The notes under the pieces were generated by a model. It was not told the DNA's origin. It searched no databases and was given only the letters and a program-made list of their open reading frames with translations. Source: an uncultured Acidimicrobiales bacterium (lineage in GTDB: Bacteria; Actinomycetota; Acidimicrobiia; Acidimicrobiales; SHLQ01). Taken from it: 64,000 bases of DNA. The stretch is from the NCBI GenBank assembly GCA_938002955.1, contig CALLAA010000048.1, positions 17,841 through 81,840 on the forward strand. The letters are read 5' to 3'. The position numbers were made by a program, and so were the translations under genes. Shown here in pieces: positions 46,723-55,804 of this stretch (position 1 is its first letter; the number at the start of each line of letters is the position of its first letter).

Positions 46723-48048
46723 ATGACTATCTCCCCCCTCCGCCGCCGCTCACTTCCCACAATCCTTGCTGCCGCCGCTCTCCTCGCGAGCGCATGCACT
46801 GGATCGACCGCGTCCACCGACGGCGGCACCACCACGAGCGCTGCTCCGCCGGTGACCGCCGAGCCCCTTCCCGAAATCGATCCGGCTCCGAGCGCCCCGG
46901 TTGGCCTCATCGTCGTTCGTTCCGGAGACGGAGCGATCGAGTTGGCGTGGGACGCATCGCGAGACGAAACGGTGATGTCCTACGAAGTAACCCGAGTGAG
47001 TCCAAGTGGCACCACCGAACGCTTCGAGACCGGGGTGCCCTCCTATCTGGATCGCGGTCTCGAGGATGGCACGATCTTCACGTACCAGGTCAAAGCCATC
47101 GGCACCGGTGGAGAGAGTGACGGCAGCGATGCCGTAACCGCACAGGTGGGCGTCGATTCCAACGCGCCGAAGGCCCCGAACCGCCCCGTCATTACCGAGA
47201 CGGCTACCGGTGTTGAGTTGGCCTGGAACGCCGTCAACGACATTTCGGGGATCGACCGTTACGTCATCACCCGAACACTCGATGGCGAGACGACGGAGAT
47301 AGACGTCGGCACCGAAACGACGTACGTCGACGAGATCGACGCCGGCTTGGTCGTGACGTACTCGGTCCGAGCAGTCGACGCGGCCCGCAACGAATCAGAA
47401 CCGAGTCGCAACAGCACCGTGCTCTCGGGCACGAGCGCGAACGGTGTTGTCGTCGTCGTGTCGGCCCAAGAAGACCCCGAGAACGATCCCGCCACCGCTC
47501 GACTGGAACGCGAACTACTCGACGCTGGTTATGCACTGACCTGGTTCGAAGACGATGTCTTCGATGCCAACGTGACCACCGCTGACGACATCGTGATCCT
47601 GCTCGGAGATGTCCTCGGTGAAGGGTTCGACTGGAATATCTTCGCCACCGACGCCACCGTCATTGGTCTCAAGTCGATGTTCGTGCAGGCCGGCGGAATT
47701 ACCGAGAACCCACCGAAGCTCGATCGACTCGCCCAGCTCGACTACCTCGCTCCCGGCAAGGACGAGCGCGAGGTTGCACTCACGACGACCCCGCGTCCAA
47801 AGCCCGTCGTATATATCCCAGCGAATGAGCTGTTGCCCTCGGTGCAGACGTGGGCTCGGCCCGTGTGGTCAGACGACATTGCCGTCGCCGGCCTCATCGA
47901 CAAGGGCGAAGAACTCGCGAACGAAAAGCCAGCGCCGGGGTGTCGTGCGTTCTTCCCCGGGAATGCATCGAGCCTGAGCGAACAGACCGACGACGCCTGG
48001 GAACTCCTGATCGAGTTCGTCGGCGACGTCCGCTCGGTTTGCCAATAG
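46723..48048 (+). CDS. lipoprotein with two fibronectin type III domains and an uncharacterised C-terminal domain
   Basis: Lipobox LAAAALLASACTGS. FN3 patterns PSAPVGLIVVRSGDGAIELAWDAS...YEV...FTYQVKA and PNRPVITETATGVELAWNAV...YVI...VTYSVRAVD. Confidence 0.7.
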   Translation: MTISPLRRRSLPTILAAAALLASACTGSTASTDGGTTTSAAPPVTAEPLPEIDPAPSAPVGLIVVRSGDGAIELAWDASRDETVMSYEVTRVSPSGTTERFETGVPSYLDRGLEDGTIFTYQVKAIGTGGESDGSDAVTAQVGVDSNAPKAPNRPVITETATGVELAWNAVNDISGIDRYVITRTLDGETTEIDVGTETTYVDEIDAGLVVTYSVRAVDAARNESEPSRNSTVLSGTSANGVVVVVSAQEDPENDPATARLERELLDAGYALTWFEDDVFDANVTTADDIVILLGDVLGEGFDWNIFATDATVIGLKSMFVQAGGITENPPKLDRLAQLDYLAPGKDEREVALTTTPRPKPVVYIPANELLPSVQTWARPVWSDDIAVAGLIDKGEELANEKPAPGCRAFFPGNASSLSEQTDDAWELLIEFVGDVRSVCQ

Positions 48049-48051
48049 GCG

Positions 48052-48972
48052 TCAGTTGACGATGACGCGCTGGGCGTCTTCGCTCTCGAAGTACTCGTGG
48101 CACGCATCGACAAACGCTCGGACGAGCCGACGAGGGTTGTTCGAGAAGTAGCCGGTGGCAATGCGCAAGCGCGGAATCGACTTGTCGAGCGGTAACGCGA
48201 CGACACGTTTGCCGTTGTAGGCAACATCGGTCAGCGGAACCATGTGCAGGATGGAAACGCCAAGGCCTTCGGCGACCAAGCTGCGGACCATCTCGAGTGT
48301 GGTCGCCGTACAGACCTCGCGCGGCGCAATGCCGGCGTCGTGCACGATCTTTCGGTAGTACTCAACAATGTTTGGCAGGTCGAGCAGGATCAGTTGTTCC
48401 TCGCCGATATCGGCCATCTGCAGATCGGCCGCATCGATCAAATGGTGCCCTTCGGGGACGAGGAGATACGGCTGCAGATCGAGCAGCGTCTGATAGGTCA
48501 CCTCTGGCTTCATGTTCTCGGCGAAGCAGATGATGACGTCGAACGTGCCGGCGATCAGCCCCTCCTGTGCGGCCTGGTCGTCACACGCAATGAACTTGAT
48601 GTCGAGGTCGGTGTTCCCCTCGAAGATCTTTGCCACGAGCGGGGGAAGAAACGCGGGTGCAACCGGCGCGTAGTAGCCGACCCGCAAGGTGCCGGTGAGC
48701 TGGGTGCGAAGGTCGGCGCCTTCCTTCAATAGATTGCGGTATTCGTCGACGAGGCTTTGAATCTTGGGCATGAGGTCGTGGCCCGACGCGGTGAGGGCAA
48801 TCCCACGAGACCGGCTTCGGCTGGTGAGCTGTAGACCGAATGCCCTTTCCACTTGATTGACCCCGGCGAGTACCGCAGACGGCACAACGTGCAGCGACTT
48901 TGCTGCCGCCGAGATCGAGCCGGCTTCGACGGCCGTCAGGAAATAGTTGAGGGCTTTCAGCGAGACATCCAT
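48052..48972 (-). CDS. LysR-family transcriptional regulator
   Basis: LKALNYFLTAVEAGSISAAAKSLHVVPSAVLAGVNQVE HTH plus a LysR substrate-binding domain. Confidence 0.9.
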   Translation of the reverse strand: MDVSLKALNYFLTAVEAGSISAAAKSLHVVPSAVLAGVNQVERAFGLQLTSRSRSRGIALTASGHDLMPKIQSLVDEYRNLLKEGADLRTQLTGTLRVGYYAPVAPAFLPPLVAKIFEGNTDLDIKFIACDDQAAQEGLIAGTFDVIICFAENMKPEVTYQTLLDLQPYLLVPEGHHLIDAADLQMADIGEEQLILLDLPNIVEYYRKIVHDAGIAPREVCTATTLEMVRSLVAEGLGVSILHMVPLTDVAYNGKRVVALPLDKSIPRLRIATGYFSNNPRRLVRAFVDACHEYFESEDAQRVIVN

Positions 48973-49033
48973 GCAATCACCGTATTCAAAAAGTATGACA
49001 ACGGTAGTTGTTTATTTCTTGTTTCGTGAATTC

Positions 49034-49432
49034 ATGAGACCACGTACCGTACGGTCCGTGGCTCTTTATGTTGAGGTCCCCACCTCTATCGCAGACGTTA
49101 TGGTCGAAGAACGTCTCGCATCGGTCACGCGGCCACAGCGCAACACCCGAGTGCGCCGACGGGCCCTCGACCTTTCGCTCGGCGTGCAAGCCGACGACAC
49201 GGTGCGTGTGACCGTCCTAGAGACTCCACAGACGCTCGCCCGTCTCAAGGAACTTATCTTGGCGTGGCGTTCAGAATTCTCTGCTACAGATACATCCGAA
49301 CTGATCGTGCGCTCATCAGAAGCGGCGCTTACCGTGCGGGCAAACGACGTCGACAGTCAGAGTCACGTCGCACTGATGATCGACAACGCCTTTGCGCCAG
49401 CAGTCGAACGGCGAGCGGCAACCGCCAACTGA
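49034..49432 (+). CDS. hypothetical protein (orphan, lower third-position GC than neighbours)
   Basis: ORF divergent from LysR with no recognisable motif. Many A/T-ending codons. Start chosen at ATG 49034. Confidence 0.3.
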   Translation: MRPRTVRSVALYVEVPTSIADVMVEERLASVTRPQRNTRVRRRALDLSLGVQADDTVRVTVLETPQTLARLKELILAWRSEFSATDTSELIVRSSEAALTVRANDVDSQSHVALMIDNAFAPAVERRAATAN

Positions 49433-49433
49433 G

Positions 49434-51776
49434 CTACAACAGTTGATCGAGTAGCGCGATCGCCGCGTGCTTGTCGAGCGGCTCGTTGCCATTGCCGCAT
49501 TTGGGTGACTGCACACATGACGGGCAACCATCGGTGCATGCGCACGCGGCCATAGCGTCGCGGGTCGCTGCCAGGTGGCGGTGACGTTCCCGGAAACCGA
49601 GCTCGGCAATCCCAGACCCGCCGGGGTGGGCATCGTAGATGAAGATCGTTGGGCCACCGGCTCCCGTGTGCCACGGCGTCGAGACGCCACCGACATCCCA
49701 ACGGTCACAGATCGTGAACAGCGGCAACATCCCAATGCCCGCGTGCTCCGCGGCGTGCAGTGCTCCAGGAACCTGACTCGCATCGATTCCGGCGGCCTCG
49801 ATGATCGATGTCGGAATCACGTACCAGAACGCACGGGTGTGCAGGGTCTGGGCCGGCAGGTCGAGCGTTTCGTTCGCTAGAATCCGGCGACTGCGAACCT
49901 CCCGACGTTGGTATCCGGTCACCTGGCTCGTGACGTCGACCGCTCCGACGCAGACCTCGGCACCGCTCGTGCCAAACGGCAAGAGTTCGTCGGTCTTGAC
50001 GACGCTGATATCGACCTTGGTGCGAGCCTGGGTGTAGTGCTCGCCGTCGGATTCCTCGACCGTCGCGACCCGATCCTCGAGATCGAGGTTCGTGACCCGA
50101 TACGGCTTGCCCTGGTGCAGGTAGATGGCGCCGGGGTGCGTGACCGAGCACGCCCGTTCCGCATCGACCGTGCCGACGATCGATCCGTTCTTGCGGACGA
50201 TCTGCACCTCGTCAGAACTCCCGGACCGCAGACCGATGCCGCGAGATGGACGACCGCGCCCGGCGTACACCCCTAGGGGCGAACCGACCCCGGATGGCTT
50301 CAGCAACATGGTGTCGTCGAGAACGAGGTCACGGACACCATCGGCCAGCGAATCGCCCCAGTACGCCTCGTCGGCATAGGCGATCGGCTTCTCAAAGGCT
50401 GCACACGCCAGGTGCGGACCCAAAATGAACGGGTTGTCCGGGTTGATGACCGCTTGCTCTGCAGTGCGCTCGAGGAGCTCTGTTGGATGGGCCATGATCC
50501 ATTGATCGAGCTGATCGTCGCCGGCGACCAGAACCGCAGCGGATCGCTGCTGCCCTCGCCCCGCCCTACCGATCTGTTGCCACATCGATGCGACGGTTCC
50601 CGGGAAGCCGTTGAGTACGCATGCGTCGAGTCCGCCGACGTCGATGCCGAGTTCGAGCGCAGAGGTCGCAACCACACCCTTCAGCGTTCCCTCGAACAGC
50701 TCGTGCTCGATCGTGCGACGCTCGTTCGGCAAGTAGCCGGCCCGATACGCACGGATCGCGTCACTGGAGTCTTTCGGCAGGCGGCGTGCAATGTCGGACG
50801 TGACAAGCTCCGCGCCCCTGCGGCTTCGGCAAAAGACGATGGTCCGATGATCTCGCTTAATCAGCTCGGCCCCGATGCTCGCAGTCTCGGCGTTGGATGA
50901 GCTCCGCAATCCTTGGGCCGCATCGAGGATCGGCGGGTTGAGCATCACGATCGTGCGTTCGCCGCGTGGAGAGCCATCGTTGGTGACCTCGGTGACGGGC
51001 ACACCGCAGAGCTGAGAGGCCAAGGTTCCGGGCTCGCCGATCGTCGCGGAGGTGAAGATGAACTTGGGGTCGCTGCCGTAGTGGTGGCACAACCGGCGAA
51101 GTCGGCGGAGCACGTGCGACACGTGGGTGCCGAACACGCCACGCAAGACGTGGAGCTCGTCGATGACGACGTGATCGAGCCGGCCGAGGAACGTCGCCCA
51201 TCGAGCGTGACCGGGAAGCACCGCGGCGTGGAGCATTTCGGGGTTGGTGAGCACCACGTTCGCGGTCGAACGAACCCATGTGCGTTGCTCAGGGCTCGAA
51301 TCGCCGTCGTAGGTACCGGCGACCACCTCGGGAAAGCCGTGGGCGTGGAACGCACGAAGCTGGTCCTGAGCCAACGCCTTCGTGGGGAACAACAACAGCG
51401 CCGTGCCGGTATTGCCCGGACGTGCAGCAGCTTCGGCGATCGGAATTTGGTAGCAGCGCGACTTGCCCGACGCGGTTCCTGTCGCGACGACGATCGAATG
51501 GCCGGCGCGAACCAGATCGATGGCCTCGGCCTGATGGGTGAAGAGACGTTGGTCGCCCAGCGCCTTTTGCACGCCGTCGCTGATGGGGGCAATCGCGTTT
51601 GCGAATCGAGCGGGGCGGGCCGGTTGGTGGGCGACGTGAGCAAGGCGGCCATCGGCGGCCAACGCATCGATCAGTTCATCGAAGTGATCGCCGTCGAACG
51701 AGGCCGCGTTTGTGAGATCGATACCGTCGGCTGTGTCGCAATCAACGACCAGACCCGGGACCTCCGCGATTGCCAT
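49434..51776 (-). CDS. mrfA: DEAD/DEAH-box helicase with C-terminal DUF1998 zinc domain (MrfA/YprA family)
   Basis: TGTASGKS (motif I), DELH (motif II), SAT, and C-terminal CTDGCPSCVQSPKCGNGNEPLDK four-Cys module. Confidence 0.85.
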   Translation of the reverse strand: MAIAEVPGLVVDCDTADGIDLTNAASFDGDHFDELIDALAADGRLAHVAHQPARPARFANAIAPISDGVQKALGDQRLFTHQAEAIDLVRAGHSIVVATGTASGKSRCYQIPIAEAAARPGNTGTALLLFPTKALAQDQLRAFHAHGFPEVVAGTYDGDSSPEQRTWVRSTANVVLTNPEMLHAAVLPGHARWATFLGRLDHVVIDELHVLRGVFGTHVSHVLRRLRRLCHHYGSDPKFIFTSATIGEPGTLASQLCGVPVTEVTNDGSPRGERTIVMLNPPILDAAQGLRSSSNAETASIGAELIKRDHRTIVFCRSRRGAELVTSDIARRLPKDSSDAIRAYRAGYLPNERRTIEHELFEGTLKGVVATSALELGIDVGGLDACVLNGFPGTVASMWQQIGRAGRGQQRSAAVLVAGDDQLDQWIMAHPTELLERTAEQAVINPDNPFILGPHLACAAFEKPIAYADEAYWGDSLADGVRDLVLDDTMLLKPSGVGSPLGVYAGRGRPSRGIGLRSGSSDEVQIVRKNGSIVGTVDAERACSVTHPGAIYLHQGKPYRVTNLDLEDRVATVEESDGEHYTQARTKVDISVVKTDELLPFGTSGAEVCVGAVDVTSQVTGYQRREVRSRRILANETLDLPAQTLHTRAFWYVIPTSIIEAAGIDASQVPGALHAAEHAGIGMLPLFTICDRWDVGGVSTPWHTGAGGPTIFIYDAHPGGSGIAELGFRERHRHLAATRDAMAACACTDGCPSCVQSPKCGNGNEPLDKHAAIALLDQLL

Positions 51777-51815
51777 ACCGCCAGTATCGCACCTGCCTAT
51801 GTCATCGAGCGGGCA

Positions 51816-53249
51816 CTAGCCGACGAGCGCAACCCGCTTTTGGTTTCCGCCCGCACGCTTTGCTTGGTACATGGCCGCGTCCGCGGTCGAAAGCAGGTGT
51901 TCGAGTTGGGCGGGCTCCTCGCTCACGACGATGCCGATGCTCGCCGACACAATCACCTCGATACCCCCGATGTCGATCGGTTTGGCGATCGCATCCAACA
52001 ACCGATCGGCCACCGTCTGGGCATACCCCGAGTCGAGGTCATTGCGAACAGTGTCGCTCAACATGACCGCAAACTCGTCGCCACCGAGTCGGGCGGCGTG
52101 GTCATCGACCCGCGTGATCGAGCGGATTCGATTCGCGGCCGCTTTCAAGACGATGTCACCAGCGTGATGGCCGAACCGATCGTTCACTGGCTTCAGGCCA
52201 TCGATGTCGACATAGAGCACGGCGACCGAGCTGGTCGACATGGACTCCACGACGTTGGTGTAAAAGCCCGACCGATTCGGCAGCCCGGTCAGCCCATCGT
52301 GATTTGCTGCATGACGTAAGAGCTCATCGGCTTGGGCACGAAACAGGACAACACCAGCAAGTTCGGCCGCTCGTTGAATCCGGAACAGCGTTCCCGTCGA
52401 CGGGATCTGGCGCTCGGTGCTGCACACGACAATTCGGTAGGTCGACGACATCATCGATGACGTCACCGACACGAACCACAGGTCCTGATAGCCGAGGGCC
52501 CGAAGATCGTCGCCCAACATGAACGGGATGTCGTCGACATCGAGATACTGCGGTGTGGGTGCTGGCTCCGACCACGGCATGTTCCCGAACTGTTTGTCGA
52601 CGAGCTCGAGCAACTCGGGGGACGTGGAGGCCACGGGCCGGAATGCACCCTCGTCGCCGCGCTCGAGCACCATTGCGTCGAGCTTCAACGGCGGCAGGCT
52701 GATCATGTCGAGAACCATGCGCAGCAGATTTTCGACCGGCTCACTGGTCGCGAGACCCGTGAAGACCCGACGCATCAGTTCTTGGCTGTGCGCCGGTCGC
52801 ACGTCGTACAGGATGCCGCCGATCGTTGGATCGTGCAGTCCGCTCAGGCCGGTGACCTCGACGGGCAGAATGTCGCCGCTCGCCGTGATCATTCGAAAGC
52901 TGACCGACGCCCACGGGGTACCGTCGGCCTCGTCGTCAGAGGCCGTGAACCCTCGCACGGCCGTGCCGTTAATCACCGACGTTGTGACACCGGAGAACGC
53001 CTCGATGAGCCACTCATGGTCCAACGGATGGATGTACTCCATCACGTTTGTGCCCTGGCCCTCCTCAAGGGTGTGGCCAGTGAGCTTCGTCAACGCTCGG
53101 TTGCCGTAGATGATGTTGCCTTCAGGATCGACCACCAATAACGCCCCAGGCATGTTCTCCAGGACGTGTTGATGAAAGGTAGAAGTGTCGCCGCCGTTTG
53201 TGCTGACCGGTAGTCCCTGCGATGTCGAGGGTCGCCCATTACTCGTCAT
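51816..53249 (-). CDS. PAS/GAF-like sensor diguanylate cyclase (GGDEF)
   Basis: PAS-like VLENMPGALLVVDPEGNIIYGN, DGLTGLPNR, RLGGDEFAV with an RVDD I-site 5 residues upstream. Start moved to MTSNGRP (53249). Confidence 0.85.
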   Translation of the reverse strand: MTSNGRPSTSQGLPVSTNGGDTSTFHQHVLENMPGALLVVDPEGNIIYGNRALTKLTGHTLEEGQGTNVMEYIHPLDHEWLIEAFSGVTTSVINGTAVRGFTASDDEADGTPWASVSFRMITASGDILPVEVTGLSGLHDPTIGGILYDVRPAHSQELMRRVFTGLATSEPVENLLRMVLDMISLPPLKLDAMVLERGDEGAFRPVASTSPELLELVDKQFGNMPWSEPAPTPQYLDVDDIPFMLGDDLRALGYQDLWFVSVTSSMMSSTYRIVVCSTERQIPSTGTLFRIQRAAELAGVVLFRAQADELLRHAANHDGLTGLPNRSGFYTNVVESMSTSSVAVLYVDIDGLKPVNDRFGHHAGDIVLKAAANRIRSITRVDDHAARLGGDEFAVMLSDTVRNDLDSGYAQTVADRLLDAIAKPIDIGGIEVIVSASIGIVVSEEPAQLEHLLSTADAAMYQAKRAGGNQKRVALVG

Positions 53250-53453
53250 TTGTTTGTCTTTCCCGCTCTTGCCCTGCCGAGTTCCACCATTTGGAACGTA
53301 TGACAGTCCGTTCTTCGGCAGGTCGAACGTCCAGCTCAAGCCCTTTTCAAGACAACCGCCATCCGCCGACCAGATCCGCTGTGCGCAATGTAGCCCAAAT
53401 GACGCGGCGGGGATCGGCCTTTTGTCTACCCGTCCGGCGGTTACATTGAGATA

Positions 53454-53801
53454 GTGCACATCTTCAGCAGAACCGATGAGGAATCGAAGGCGGTGATCGT
53501 CAGCGTGTCCGGAGATGTCGATGTTGCCGCGCTGCCATCGTTGCAATCGGCTCTCGACCGTTCGCTGTTGGTTGGTGCCACCGCAATCGTTCTCGACCTG
53601 GGCGAGGTCGACAGCATCGACTCGATGGGACTGGCGCTGGTGTCGGGGTTGTCTTCACAGTGCGCTCGAGCCGACTCATTGTCTGCAGTGTCGGTGTCGA
53701 ATCCCGACATACGCTCCTATCTCGCCGAGCACGGCGTTGACGCACCGCTGTTTGCAAACGTCGCCGCAGCGCTGGCCTCGTTCGAGGCCGCTATCCAATG
53801 A
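53454..53801 (+). CDS. STAS-domain anti-sigma-factor antagonist (RsbV/SpoIIAA-like)
   Basis: VSVSGDVDVAALPSLQSAL...VLDLGEVDSIDSMGLALV contains the phosphorylatable Ser context DSIDS. GTG start. Confidence 0.8.
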   Translation: MHIFSRTDEESKAVIVSVSGDVDVAALPSLQSALDRSLLVGATAIVLDLGEVDSIDSMGLALVSGLSSQCARADSLSAVSVSNPDIRSYLAEHGVDAPLFANVAAALASFEAAIQ

Positions 53802-53828
53802 GCACCGGCGATCCAATGAGCACCGGCG
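53793..53828 (+). repeat. perfect 18-bp tandem duplication across the STAS/kinase gene junction
   Basis: ATCCAATGAGCACCGGCG x2. It duplicates the ATGA stop/start overlap and gives MSTGDPMSTGDE. Confidence 0.9.
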
Positions 53829-54256
53829 ATGAAGTCATCATTCGCGTCCCGGCGAAGTCCGACTACGTCGCGCTCGTGCGTGTCGTACTCGCTGCGGCCG
53901 CAGCCATCGACCCCGAGTCCCGCGACGATCGAATCGACGATCTGCGAATCGCCGTATCTGAAGCGGTCACGAACGCCGTCGAAGCGCACCAGACCGCCGG
54001 TACCGACAGCCACGTCGAAGTTCGCTGCTTTACCGACGGTCATCATGTCGAGGTCACGGTTCGCGATCGCGGACCTGGCTTCGACCCAGATGACGTTCCC
54101 GTCGTGCCCGACGCGGAAACGCCCGAACGCCTCTTCTTCGAGAACGGCCTCGGCCTTCCGCTTATGCGCAAGCTCGTCGACAAGACCGACATCGAAACGG
54201 GAGACGACGGAACGCTCGTCCGGCTCATCATCGATACATCGCTCTCGCCGGACTGA
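53798..54256 (+). CDS. anti-sigma factor serine kinase (RsbW/SpoIIAB-like HATPase_c)
   Basis: AVSEAVTNAVEAH (N box), VRDRGPGFDP (G1) and GLGLPLMRKLVD (G2). Confidence 0.8.
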   Translation: MSTGDPMSTGDEVIIRVPAKSDYVALVRVVLAAAAAIDPESRDDRIDDLRIAVSEAVTNAVEAHQTAGTDSHVEVRCFTDGHHVEVTVRDRGPGFDPDDVPVVPDAETPERLFFENGLGLPLMRKLVDKTDIETGDDGTLVRLIIDTSLSPD

Positions 54257-54425
54257 TCGGTTCCCACCTGTACAGATTTTCTTTCGAACACGGCCGCTTA
54301 ATAGGCGGCTGAACCGACCGAGTGGAAGTAAAACCCGCTAAAGAACGGAGGAAATCGGCTCGTAGCGGCCAGAATGTCGTTTTGTATGTGGGCCGCTCAC
54401 ACCCGTATTTACTTCTTTTAGGACC

Positions 54426-55802
54426 ATGGCCGGAAACCAACTCCCCCCATCACAGCTGACTTGGATTGGTAGCGATAAGCGTCTCGCTCGCACCGTTGCG
54501 CGCCCCGTCTTGAACTTCATGGCGATCGAGGCGGCCTCGGGCATCGTGCTCGTCATCGCCACCATCATCGCCCTCGTTTGGGCGAACTCGCCGTGGTCTG
54601 GCAGCTATCACGAGATCCTCGACCTCCACCTCGTCATCGACTTCGGAGGCACCCACATCCTCGACGAGTCCGTCGAGCACCTCATCAACGATGGCCTCAT
54701 GGCCATCTTCTTCTTCGTCGTCGGCCTCGAGATCAAACGCGAGCTCGTCGCTGGCGAGTTGCGAGATCCACGAGCTGCCGCACTTCCTTCGATTGCGGCA
54801 ATCGGCGGCATGGTCGTTCCCGCAGGGCTCTATTTCATGCTCAACACGTCAAGTCCGGAGTCCGCGGGCTGGGGAATTCCAATGGCGACGGACATTGCGT
54901 TCGCCCTCGGCGTGATGTCGCTGCTCGGAAAGCGAGTGCCTACCCAGCTCAAGCTGTTCTTGCTCACGCTTGCCATCGTCGATGATGTCGGCGCAATCGC
55001 CGTGATCGCGATCTTCTATTCAAAGGGATTCAGCGCACCCTGGTTTGCGATCGCTGTCGGTCTGCTCGTCCTGCTCTTCATCATGCAGAAGGCCAAGATT
55101 TGGTACACGCCCGTGTATGTGTTGATCGGCGTGGTTGTGTGGTACGCCGTGCTCGAATCCGGGGTCCACGCGACGATCGCGGGTGTCGCCCTTGGCCTGC
55201 TGACGCCCGCAACGCCGCTTCAGCGAGAGGTTAAGCCCGGCGAAGTTGTCGGAACGGTCGTTGATCCCGAAGATTTGAACGCGGCCTCGGCCCGGCGCGC
55301 AAACCTGTACGTGCGCGAGTCGGTATCGGTGGCCGAACGGCTCGAAACCCTCATCCATCCGTTCTCCAGTTTCATCATTCTTCCGGTCTTCGCACTCGCG
55401 AATGCCGGTATCGAATTGTCGTTGGACGGCATTCGGGACGCGTCGACGTCGACGGTAACGCTCGGCATCATCTTGGGCCTCGTCGTCGGAAAGACCGTTG
55501 GTGTGACGCTGTTTGCGTACCTCGCGGTTGCGTCTGGAATTTCCTCCCTGCCACGCAACGTCACCTGGCCGCAGGTGGTCGCCGTTGCGATGCTGGCTGG
55601 AATCGGGTTTACCGTGGCGCTGTTTATCACTGGCCTTGCGTTCGAGGAAGAACTGCTCGACACGCAAGCCCGCATGGGAATCCTGCTCGCCTCGTTGCTC
55701 GCGTCGGTCCTCGGTGCGTTCCTTCTCGCGAGGTCGACTCGCCCAATCCCCAACGATGATGGCGAATCTGCCACATCCCCAGCACCTGCAGAGGTTTCAT
55801 AA
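54426..55802 (+). CDS. nhaA: Na+/H+ antiporter NhaA
   Basis: WANSPW, INDGLMAIFFFVVGLEIKRE, GWGIPMATDIAFALG and AIVDDVGAI are canonical NhaA motifs. Confidence 0.9.
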   Translation: MAGNQLPPSQLTWIGSDKRLARTVARPVLNFMAIEAASGIVLVIATIIALVWANSPWSGSYHEILDLHLVIDFGGTHILDESVEHLINDGLMAIFFFVVGLEIKRELVAGELRDPRAAALPSIAAIGGMVVPAGLYFMLNTSSPESAGWGIPMATDIAFALGVMSLLGKRVPTQLKLFLLTLAIVDDVGAIAVIAIFYSKGFSAPWFAIAVGLLVLLFIMQKAKIWYTPVYVLIGVVVWYAVLESGVHATIAGVALGLLTPATPLQREVKPGEVVGTVVDPEDLNAASARRANLYVRESVSVAERLETLIHPFSSFIILPVFALANAGIELSLDGIRDASTSTVTLGIILGLVVGKTVGVTLFAYLAVASGISSLPRNVTWPQVVAVAMLAGIGFTVALFITGLAFEEELLDTQARMGILLASLLASVLGAFLLARSTRPIPNDDGESATSPAPAEVS

Positions 55803-55804
55803 AT

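Noticed and set aside
54257-54425. Possible cation (nhaA-type Li+/Na+) riboswitch in the 169-nt nhaA leader
   Set aside because: It contains small hairpins (GCCGC-TTAATAG-GCGGC), but I cannot match it to a consensus from memory. A covariance-model scan (Rfam nhaA-I/II) is needed before any claim.
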